From Thermodesulfobacteriota bacterium (GTDB taxonomy: Bacteria > Desulfobacterota > GWC2-55-46): DNA of 64,000 nucleotides. Under the pieces are notes generated by a model. The model did no database searches and had not been told where the DNA came from. It saw only the letters and a program-made list of their open reading frames with translations. Below are positions 55,361-62,992 of this stretch, piece by piece. Where the stretch lies: the NCBI GenBank assembly GCA_030583865.1, contig CP129479.1, positions 1,634,819 to 1,698,818 on the forward strand. Direction: 5' to 3'. A program made the position numbers and the translations under genes. Position 1 is the stretch's first letter. Each line of letters begins with the position of its first letter.

Positions 55361-56943
55361 TTCTCCTTTATCCAGTTCTTGAGGACCATAGCCACCTGCT
55401 GAGGGTTCTCCTTCACTGTCTTCTTGAGCCTGTCGATAGAGTCCCTGTCGGCGCTGACGGCGGATTCGCTCAGCTCGGCGCCGCCCGCTGTAAGTACCTG
55501 CGGCATCCTCCTCTGGATCTCCTCGAGCGCCATGGTTTCCTTCGTGACCCTCTTGATGAGGGGACGCACGACGAAGAGCAGGATGAAAAGGGTTATCAGG
55601 ACCACGGTACCGTACTTGATGAGAACCGGCACGAGGTGGGGCGGTATATAATCATCGGGTCCGCCGGCGGCCTCGAACGCGGCAGCCGCCGCCCCGGCCC
55701 CGGCCTGCTCGAAAGGCGTGCTGACGACGACGACGGTATCGCCCCTCGATTCCTCGTAGCCTACGGCGGCCTTGACCATCTCGGTGAACTTCGAGAGCTC
55801 CTCGTCGGTCCTCGGCGAGTAGGCCGTCGTCTCGTTCCCATCGGCGTCCTTTACCGCCTGGTATGTGCCGTCCACCAGAACCGAGACCGCGAGCCTCTTG
55901 AGCGAACCTACGGGCTCGACCACGCGGCTCGTGACCTTGCTTATTTCATAGTTGATGAGTTCGTCCTGCCTCTGGGTCTGGGCTGGTGTCGCGGCCACCT
56001 GGGGTATCTCGACCGCGGTCTCGGGGAGGTTCGAGAGGACGCCGGGTATGCCGACCGGGGCAGTTCCGCCTATGCTCTTTTCCTTGTTCCTGTGCTCGCT
56101 CCTCACGACCTGGCCGTCGGGGTCGAACCTCTCTTCCGTCCTCTCCACGTGCCGCGTGTCCACCTCGACCGCGACCCTGGCCACGACCCTGTTCGCGCCC
56201 ACCGCCTTCTCGAGCATGCTCTGGAGCCTCTGCTCGAAATGGTTCTCGATGGACCTCTTGTACTCGAGCTGCGTGCCCGAAAGCATCAAGGCGTCATCGT
56301 CGCCGGCCTCCCTCGTCCACATCCTCCCGGAAGTGTCGACCACCGCGACGTCCTCGGGCTTGAGGTTGTCGGTGCTGTTCGCCACGAGGTGAACTATGGA
56401 GCTCACCTGGCCGCGGCTCAATTCCTTGCCGGCCCTGAGCTTCACTATTACCGACGCGCGAGCCTTTTTCTGGTCGTCGAGGAAGACTCCCTTTTCGGGT
56501 AGCGCGAGGTGGACCCGGGCGCTCTCTATTTCCTTTATCTGCGTTACGGTCCTCGCGAGCTCGCCCTGGAGCGCCCGCTTGTAGTTGACCTTCTGCACGA
56601 AATCGGTGATGCCGAAGGACGTCTTGTCGAATATCTCGAAGCCCACGCCGCCGCCCTGGGGAAGCCCCTCTCCGGCAAGCTCCATCCTGGTCTCGTACAC
56701 CTTGTCCGCCGGCACGCTTATCGTACCGCCGTCCACCCTGTAGGGGACCCGCTTCTCCTTCAGCCGCTCGATGACCGAGCCTGCGTCCTCGTCCGAGAGC
56801 TGGGTGTAGAGGGTCTGGTACTCCGGCCCCTGGTTCCATAGTATGAGGACCACCACCGCGGCTATGATTGCCGCTGCAGAGGCGAGCACAATGGCCGGCC
56901 TCTGTCCCACGAACTTCTTCAGGTCCTGGAGGAGCTTTTCCAT
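55357..56943 (-). CDS. fliF: Flagellar MS-ring protein FliF
   Basis: 528 aa. YQTLYTQLSDEDAGSVIERLKEKRVPYRV.. and YKRALQGELARTV. Confidence 0.96.
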   Translation of the reverse strand: MEKLLQDLKKFVGQRPAIVLASAAAIIAAVVVLILWNQGPEYQTLYTQLSDEDAGSVIERLKEKRVPYRVDGGTISVPADKVYETRMELAGEGLPQGGGVGFEIFDKTSFGITDFVQKVNYKRALQGELARTVTQIKEIESARVHLALPEKGVFLDDQKKARASVIVKLRAGKELSRGQVSSIVHLVANSTDNLKPEDVAVVDTSGRMWTREAGDDDALMLSGTQLEYKRSIENHFEQRLQSMLEKAVGANRVVARVAVEVDTRHVERTEERFDPDGQVVRSEHRNKEKSIGGTAPVGIPGVLSNLPETAVEIPQVAATPAQTQRQDELINYEISKVTSRVVEPVGSLKRLAVSVLVDGTYQAVKDADGNETTAYSPRTDEELSKFTEMVKAAVGYEESRGDTVVVVSTPFEQAGAGAAAAAFEAAGGPDDYIPPHLVPVLIKYGTVVLITLFILLFVVRPLIKRVTKETMALEEIQRRMPQVLTAGGAELSESAVSADRDSIDRLKKTVKENPQQVAMVLKNWIKEK

Positions 56944-56946
56944 CCG

Positions 56947-57243
56947 TTACACCTGCGTCCTCATTACTTCCTCATACGCATGGACAAGCTTGTTCCTGAC
57001 CTGGAGCATGAGGTTGAAAGACAGGCTGGCCTTCTCTATGGCTATCATCGTATCGTGTATGTTGTTGACCTGCCCGGAGGCGAGCCCCTGTATGGCCTGG
57101 TCGGCGTCGCTCTGGAGCTTGTTTACGCTCTCGATCGACTGCTTGAGGACGTCTGAAAAACCGGTGCCGGAGGCGGCTTCTGTCGTCGCCTTGCCGAGCG
57201 AGTTCAACTCCGCGCTGAGCGCGCCTTTTATCGAATCGACCAT
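56947..57243 (-). CDS. fliE: Flagellar hook-basal body protein FliE
   Basis: 98 aa. FSDVLKQSIESVNKLQSDAD.., MIAIEKASLSFNLMLQVRNKLVHAYEEVM. Confidence 0.93.
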   Translation of the reverse strand: MVDSIKGALSAELNSLGKATTEAASGTGFSDVLKQSIESVNKLQSDADQAIQGLASGQVNNIHDTMIAIEKASLSFNLMLQVRNKLVHAYEEVMRTQV

Positions 57244-57270
57244 TTCCGTTCTCCTTTTTTGAAGCTTCCG

Positions 57271-57699
57271 TTACTGGCCTATCTCAAGCGCCTTTAAAGC
57301 CATCTCTCTCGTCGCCTTGAAGGCGGTCACGTTAGCCTCGTAGCTCCTCGATGCCGCTATCATGTTTACCATCTCCTCGGCCACGTTGATGTTCGGGAAA
57401 GCGACATACCCGTCCCTTCCGGCGTCCGGATGGGCCGGGTCGTATACGTATTTCAGGGGCCTGGCGTCCTCGATTATCCCCGCCACCTTCACCTTGGTAT
57501 TGTATGCGGAGGAGGCCTCCTTCAGCAGGCTCCCGAAATCATTCCGGTTCTCGGCGGCAAAGACTATGTCCTTCCTCCTGTAGGCACCGCCGTTCGCGGT
57601 CCTGGTGGTCTCGACGTTAGCGAGGTTGCTCGCAATTAGGTTCATCCTGAGCCTCTGGGCCTCCATGCCCGAGGCCGCCACGGAGAATAGATCCGACAT
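57271..57699 (-). CDS. flgC: Flagellar proximal rod protein FlgC
   Basis: FSVAASGMEAQRLRMNLIASNLANVETTR.. and PNINVAEEMVNMIAASRSYEANV. Confidence 0.96.
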   Translation of the reverse strand: MSDLFSVAASGMEAQRLRMNLIASNLANVETTRTANGGAYRRKDIVFAAENRNDFGSLLKEASSAYNTKVKVAGIIEDARPLKYVYDPAHPDAGRDGYVAFPNINVAEEMVNMIAASRSYEANVTAFKATREMALKALEIGQ

Positions 57700-57700
57700 G

Positions 57701-58111
57701 TTATCTGCCTCCTTCCTTTATCGCGTTCATCAGCCCGTTGAACTTGCCCTTGAGGAGCCTTGACGAGACGGTGTACATGAGCGTGTTCTCGGAAAGCCTC
57801 GCCATCTCGGCCTCGATGCCGACCGAGTTCCCGTCAAAGCCGGGCAGGTCTGTCGCCCTGTCGAGCACCCTCGGCGCGGACGAGCCGTAGTAGCCGGTCA
57901 TGTGCCCCCGGCTGGTCCTCGCGAGATCGACGAAAGGGGCGCCGCCCTCCCGCCTTCTCAGTTCGTCCTCGAAGTTGATGTCCACGGCCCTGTAGCCGGG
58001 GGTCTCCTGGTTCGCGATGTTTGATGTCAGGAGCTTGTGCCTTGCGGCCCTCAAGTCCATGGAATTGGTGAGGACCGTTATTGCCTTGCTATCGAATAGG
58101 CCTGTCGGCAT
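57701..58111 (-). CDS. flgB: Flagellar proximal rod protein FlgB
   Basis: LRAARHKLLTSNIANQETPGYRAVD.. and MARLSENTLMY. Confidence 0.95.
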   Translation of the reverse strand: MPTGLFDSKAITVLTNSMDLRAARHKLLTSNIANQETPGYRAVDINFEDELRRREGGAPFVDLARTSRGHMTGYYGSSAPRVLDRATDLPGFDGNSVGIEAEMARLSENTLMYTVSSRLLKGKFNGLMNAIKEGGR

Positions 58112-58167
58112 GTCTTTACCCCTGTCTTATGAAAAAAGGCTGATTTTGGTCAGCGGATTGAACTTGA

Positions 58168-58183
58168 TGGCACCTTAATAGCA
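58168..58183 (+). promoter_or_regulatory. Orphan sigma54-like motif on the plus strand, pointing into the 3' end of flgR
   Basis: Plus strand reads TGGCAC-CTTAA-TAGCA (GG-N10-GC). There is no plus-strand gene downstream. Confidence 0.25.
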
Positions 58184-58190
58184 AAACATT

Positions 58191-58206
58191 TGCAAATGCC
58201 ATACCA
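58191..58206 (-). promoter_or_regulatory. sigma54 promoter upstream of flgB
   Basis: Minus strand reads TGGTAT-GGCAT-TTGCA (GG-N10-GC retained). The motif ends 80 nt upstream of the flgB ATG. Confidence 0.65.
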
Positions 58207-58276
58207 AACACATCCAGCCATCAATCCCCATGATCTCCCCGGGCCCAGGGGAATGAAGGCTTCGGGAAAATTTTTC

Positions 58277-59629
58277 CTACCCCGGCAAAAGCTGCCCATA
58301 TTCCTTGAGTTTATTCCTTAGGGTCCTTACCGAGATGCCGAGTATCCTGGCCGCCTGGGTCCTATTTCCCTCGACCTCGCCGAGCGTGCGGGTTATGAGC
58401 CCCTTTTCCATCTCCCAGAGCGTCATTAAATTGGCGCCGCCGTCATCAGGTTTCCTGTCAACAGGGCAATCCTCCTGGGCCTCACTACGGCAAGATTCAG
58501 GAGACACGAGTATGTGCTCGACCTCGAGCGTCCTGCCCTCAGCAAGGAGGACGGCCCGCTCAAGGGTATTCTCCATCTCCCTTATGTTGCCCCTCCATTC
58601 GCATCTTTTTATATGCTCCATCGCCTCAGGGGACACCCCTTCAAGGCGCCTGCCGTACTTGGCGCTGAACTTTTTTATGAAATGCTCCGCAAGGAATTCT
58701 ACTTCCTCGCCGCGCTCGCGTAGCGGCGGGAGCGTAAGCGGGAAGATATTGAGGCGGTAGTAGAGGTCTTCCCTGAAGCGGCCCTCCCTTACCTCTTTCT
58801 TCATGTCCCTGTTGGTCGTTGCTATTATCCTGATGTCCAGGGGCACGGGCGAGCTCCCGCCCACCCTCTCGACTTCCTTTTCCTGGATGACGCGCAGCAG
58901 CTTGGCCTGCAGCTTTATGTCCATCTCGCTTATCTCGTCAAGGAGTATGGTGCCCTTGTCCGCAAGCTCGAACCTGCCCTGCCGGAGGGCATGGGCCCCC
59001 GTAAACGCCCCTTTCTCATGGCCGAAAAGCTCGCTTTCAAGGAGCCCCTCGGGGATGGACGCGCAGTTTACTGCCACGAAGGGCATCTTCCGCCTCGGGC
59101 TGTTCTCGTGTATGAAGCGGGCTAGCAGCTCTTTCCCCGTTCCGCTCTCGCCGGATATGAGGACGGTCGCGTCGCTCGCAGCGGCGACCATTGCCATTGA
59201 GACCACCTTCTGCATGACCGGGGCCCTTGCGAGCATATTCTTTCCCCTGGTCTCGAATCCGGATATGCCCTCCCTCATCCTGAAGGCCTTCTCGACCGTC
59301 TCTTCGAGCGATTGCAGGCTGAAGGGCTTAAGGATAAAGTCCACCGCTCCTTCCTTTACAGCCTCGACCGCTTTCTGGACCGTTCCGAACGCGGTTATGA
59401 GGAGGACAGGCACATGGGGGGATAACTTCTTCACCTCGCGCAGGAGCTCCATGCCGCCGAGGCCCGGCATGTTCACGTCGCTTATGACCATTCCGTAGCC
59501 CCGGGGGAGTTTCTTAAGCGCCTCCCTGCCATCCTCGGCAAGCTCCACCTCATAGCCCTTCCGGCAGAGCGCCTCGTTTATGGCTATCCTCATTCCCGCT
59601 TCGTCGTCGACCACAAGCACCCTCTTCAT
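58277..59629 (-). CDS. flgR: sigma54-dependent response regulator (REC-AAA+-Fis HTH; FlgR/FlrC/FleR type)
   Basis: VLVVDDEAGMR..ISDVNMPGLGG; [15 protein letters not shown]; the GAFTGA motif (EKGAFTGAH); C-terminal NRTQAARILGISVRTLRNKL. Confidence 0.9.
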   Translation of the reverse strand: MKRVLVVDDEAGMRIAINEALCRKGYEVELAEDGREALKKLPRGYGMVISDVNMPGLGGMELLREVKKLSPHVPVLLITAFGTVQKAVEAVKEGAVDFILKPFSLQSLEETVEKAFRMREGISGFETRGKNMLARAPVMQKVVSMAMVAAASDATVLISGESGTGKELLARFIHENSPRRKMPFVAVNCASIPEGLLESELFGHEKGAFTGAHALRQGRFELADKGTILLDEISEMDIKLQAKLLRVIQEKEVERVGGSSPVPLDIRIIATTNRDMKKEVREGRFREDLYYRLNIFPLTLPPLRERGEEVEFLAEHFIKKFSAKYGRRLEGVSPEAMEHIKRCEWRGNIREMENTLERAVLLAEGRTLEVEHILVSPESCRSEAQEDCPVDRKPDDGGANLMTLWEMEKGLITRTLGEVEGNRTQAARILGISVRTLRNKLKEYGQLLPG

Positions 59630-60456
59630 GACAGATACTCCCTTCCCGCCGGGATCCCGAGCGTGAACGTCGTCCCCTTGCCCGGCTCCGACCGTACGTC
59701 CAGGCGGCCCATGTGCGCGTCAACGACCGCGGAGACTATCGCGAGGCCGAGGCCTGTGCCCCTCTCCTTAGTGGAGAAGAACGGGTCGAATATCCTGTCT
59801 ATCTGTTCGCGCGGGATGCCCCTGCCGTTGTCGCTCACCTTTATTACCACGCTGCCTTCTTCCGTTTCGGTATCGACGCTTATTCCGATACGGCCGTCTT
59901 CCTCGACCGCGTCGAGCGCGTTTATGACGAGGTTAAGGAATAGCTGCCTCAAGAGGTTCGGGTCGGCCATGACGCGCTTCCGGCCCTTGTAGGAGGCCCG
60001 TATCTCCACCCCGGCCTTCCCCCTGTCCCCTGCAAGGAGTATGGCGTCGTCCACTATGTCATTGAGCTCTACCGGCTTGAGCTTCGCCTCGGGCGCGCCG
60101 GCAAAGAGGAGCATGTTCGAAAGTAGGTTGTCGAGGGTCTTTATGCCCTTGCTGATATGCTCCGCGAGCTTCGCCCTGTCAGGCACGTCCGCGAGCTCCC
60201 TTTCAAGGAGGGTCGCGAATATGGCCATCGAGCCGAGCGGGTTCCGTATCTCGTGGGCTATCCTTGCGGCCATCTCGCCCATTGCCGCGAGCCTCCTCGA
60301 CCGCTCTATGGCCCTGTTCTTCTCCGCGAGCTCCGCGTTCAGCTCCTCTATCCTGGTTTCCAGGAGCGAGTACTGCTGCTCGAGTTTTTTGGAAGCGTCC
60401 CTGAAGACGTTGAAAGCGTCGTTCAGGAGCTCGATCGGTACCTGCGTGGTCATCAT
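59626..60456 (-). CDS. flgS: Soluble sensor histidine kinase (coiled coil-HisKA-HATPase; FlgS/FlrB/FleS type)
   Basis: No TM segment. H-box ARIAHEIRNPLGS, N-box LVINALDA, G1 DNGRGI, G2 GTGLGLAI. ATGA-type overlap with the regulator gene. Confidence 0.88.
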   Translation of the reverse strand: MMTTQVPIELLNDAFNVFRDASKKLEQQYSLLETRIEELNAELAEKNRAIERSRRLAAMGEMAARIAHEIRNPLGSMAIFATLLERELADVPDRAKLAEHISKGIKTLDNLLSNMLLFAGAPEAKLKPVELNDIVDDAILLAGDRGKAGVEIRASYKGRKRVMADPNLLRQLFLNLVINALDAVEEDGRIGISVDTETEEGSVVIKVSDNGRGIPREQIDRIFDPFFSTKERGTGLGLAIVSAVVDAHMGRLDVRSEPGKGTTFTLGIPAGREYLS

Positions 60457-60463
60457 GCCTCCT

Positions 60464-62782
60464 TTAAATGCCTGCCGGGTCCATCATTATGGCTTCGGAC
60501 CACGGGGCCAGCTCGCCGCCAAGCGCTTCAAGCTCCCTGAGCGCCGACGCCTTGTCATCGGCGCGGCCTAGCCTTCCGTAGCACTGGGCCATCCTGTAGA
60601 GCGCCCAGGACCTGTCCGCTGTCTCTTTTTCATCCATGTGCCTTATGGCCTGCCTGTACGCCTCGGCAGCCCGCGCGAAGTTACCGGCCTCGAAGAGGGC
60701 GTCGGCGGACTTGATGAACGACCTTGAGGCCTCGCTTTCGTTCCCCTCGGCCTTGAACCCTTTTGCCGCGCTCTCGAAGAGCGGGGCCGACTGGCCCGTC
60801 AGTCCGGCCCGGTAGCTCGATTCGGCTTTCATGAGGACGGCCCCGGGCCTGTCCACGGCCTTTTCGCGCGAGACCTTCCCGTACTCCCCCTTTTCGAATG
60901 CTATGAGCGTTTCAAGCTCCCGTATCTCGGCGGCCCTGCCGTTCGCCGGAAACTTCGCCCTGAAGGCCTTGAGCATCCTTTCCGCCGAGCCAGTGTCCTT
61001 CTGCTCGATATAGACCCGGATGAGCGCCATCATCGCCTCCTCGGTAACCTGTCCGCTCCCGAGCTTGACGGCGTTGTCGAGCATGTTGACGGCTTCGTTC
61101 CTCAGGCCCGCGGCCATGCACGACTTTCCGACCTTCAGGTAGGTCTCTGCCTTTTTGCCGAAAGGCGCGGCGAGAGGGACGTCGAGGAATAGCTTTACCA
61201 CAGCGAGGTGGTCGCCCTTTTTGTAAAGTGAGTCCAGCCATTCGTAAAAAAGGACCGACGAAAGGAGGCCCATGTCCTGCCTGTAGATGCTGAGCGGGTA
61301 TTTGCTGTTGAACGCCTTGAAGGAGGCATAGCCCTCCTCGAATTTTCCGAGCCGTATCCTGGCCGAGAGGAGCTTGAGCGCCGTTATCTCGGAGGCCGCG
61401 AAGCCGCCGGCGGCAACAGTCCCGTAGAGCCTTTCTGCCTCCTCGAGCGGCCCGGCCTCACCTGAAAGGAAGTAGGCGTCAGCGAGCGAGAGCGTTGCCA
61501 TTGCCCACACTTCGCCAGTAAACCTCCCCTTTGCGCCTATGTATAATTGGAGCGCCTCCTTTGCCCTGCCTTCCGCAAGGAGCGTGTCGCCCTCCTTGAG
61601 CAACAGGAATACGCCTATGAACCCGTCCGCCGGATACCCGGCGCTCATCTCGCGATATATCCTCCGGGCCTCGGCGTAATCGCCCCTTGTGAGGTGCATG
61701 TCGCCGAGGCTGAGCCTCGATATGCCGTCAAGAGCGGCAGAAGCGGCGTTTTCCCTGTATAGCGTCCACGCGCTCTCGATCTCTCCTTTAATGAGCGCCG
61801 TGTTCGCAAGCCACAGCCCTGCGCCCTTATAGCCCGCTTCCAGCGAGGCCCTGAAGAGTTCCTTGGCCTCGGCGTATTTCCTTTCGAAAAAGAATATGCG
61901 CGCCTTCCTGAATAGGGCCTCGCCCTTGACGGGATTGTCCTCTCCCTCGGCTGCGCGCGAGAACTTGCCGGCTGCTTCGGGATAAAAGCCTTTCCGCTCA
62001 AAATGGTCGCCCAGCACGAAATAGCCGAGCCGCGAATAGAGAGGGTCGGGGTTGGACCTTAGAGCCATATCGAGCTCGTGGGGGGCCGTCTTTCCGCCGG
62101 CGAAGTCGATTACGGCGTTCAATGCGCCTGCCTTCCCGTGCTCACCCTTCTTCCTGTGCTCCGATGCGGCCTTCACGGCCTCATCGAGGAACCTGTCATT
62201 TCCGGGCTCAAGCCCCAGCACGCCCCTGAACGCCCCGGATACCGGGTCGCCGTATAGCTCGGGCTTGAGCATTTCAACGGCCTTGTTCCTGTAGACCCAC
62301 CTCCATGAATCGTTGAAGGCAACGAGCTTCGAGGAATGGGGCTTGAGGAACTGGGCCTCGACCGTCGTCCTCCGTTCTTCCTGAAAATCTTTTTCCTCGG
62401 GGGCTGACGGCGGGTATACGTCCACCATCAGCCTGAATGGATCGGACTGCATGGAATGACGGACTGTTGCCCCCTCAGTCACCTGCAACTCGAGCATCGC
62501 GAAGACGCCCGAGGGGTCGGAGCCGCGGCTTAAACCGTTCACCTTGAAAAACCCGGTCGAAGGAAAGTTGCTCATTACGCCGGCCCTTATGTCCCTCATG
62601 CGGACGAATAGCTTGTCGCCCTTCCTCGACACGCCGGTATCGACTTTTTCGGAGAAAACGAGGGTAAGCCTGTGGAAGTCGTCCTGCTCGGAAGCGCGGA
62701 TGGCGACTATCTCAGCCGCTTCAACAGACGACCACAGCGGGACAGAAAGGATGGATATCAATATAGCGAAGAATATTCTCAT
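60464..62782 (-). CDS. Secreted AMIN-domain plus multi-TPR repeat protein
   Basis: Signal peptide MRIFFAILISILSVPLWSSVEAAE, an AMIN-like beta domain (FHRLTLVFSEKV..DPFRLMVDVYPP), then ~600 aa of TPR-like helical repeats. The track TTG start (62818) lies inside the sigma54 -12 box, so I use ATG 62782. Confidence 0.8.
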   Translation of the reverse strand: MRIFFAILISILSVPLWSSVEAAEIVAIRASEQDDFHRLTLVFSEKVDTGVSRKGDKLFVRMRDIRAGVMSNFPSTGFFKVNGLSRGSDPSGVFAMLELQVTEGATVRHSMQSDPFRLMVDVYPPSAPEEKDFQEERRTTVEAQFLKPHSSKLVAFNDSWRWVYRNKAVEMLKPELYGDPVSGAFRGVLGLEPGNDRFLDEAVKAASEHRKKGEHGKAGALNAVIDFAGGKTAPHELDMALRSNPDPLYSRLGYFVLGDHFERKGFYPEAAGKFSRAAEGEDNPVKGEALFRKARIFFFERKYAEAKELFRASLEAGYKGAGLWLANTALIKGEIESAWTLYRENAASAALDGISRLSLGDMHLTRGDYAEARRIYREMSAGYPADGFIGVFLLLKEGDTLLAEGRAKEALQLYIGAKGRFTGEVWAMATLSLADAYFLSGEAGPLEEAERLYGTVAAGGFAASEITALKLLSARIRLGKFEEGYASFKAFNSKYPLSIYRQDMGLLSSVLFYEWLDSLYKKGDHLAVVKLFLDVPLAAPFGKKAETYLKVGKSCMAAGLRNEAVNMLDNAVKLGSGQVTEEAMMALIRVYIEQKDTGSAERMLKAFRAKFPANGRAAEIRELETLIAFEKGEYGKVSREKAVDRPGAVLMKAESSYRAGLTGQSAPLFESAAKGFKAEGNESEASRSFIKSADALFEAGNFARAAEAYRQAIRHMDEKETADRSWALYRMAQCYGRLGRADDKASALRELEALGGELAPWSEAIMMDPAGI

Positions 62783-62813
62783 GGCATGGGTGTGGTTACC
62801 GGGTAAGGCTTTT

Positions 62814-62829
62814 TGCAACTACCATGCCA
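62814..62829 (-). promoter_or_regulatory. sigma54 promoter upstream of the AMIN-TPR / flgS / flgR unit
   Basis: Minus strand reads TGGCAT-GGTAG-TTGCA. The motif ends 32 nt upstream of ATG 62782. Confidence 0.75.
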
Positions 62830-62992
62830 GCCAGAGGCAGAGATTGTATGAGGAGATAGGAAGGAGGATTATTTATCTAAATATTTCAGCCGGTTGGGAA
62901 TTTAAGATGAGACGGCCTATCAAGCGATTCCCGCCTTGGTTGGCAGGTCTATGCGGGTGTTTTCAGGTGGCCGGGGCCAATGAACGTCAAAT

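Noticed and set aside
62830-62992. Possible IHF site (TATCAAGCGATTC) and activator-binding palindromes in the AT-rich gap upstream of the 62829 sigma54 promoter
   Set aside because: The matches are single and imperfect. I cannot distinguish them from chance without a position weight matrix scan or comparative data.
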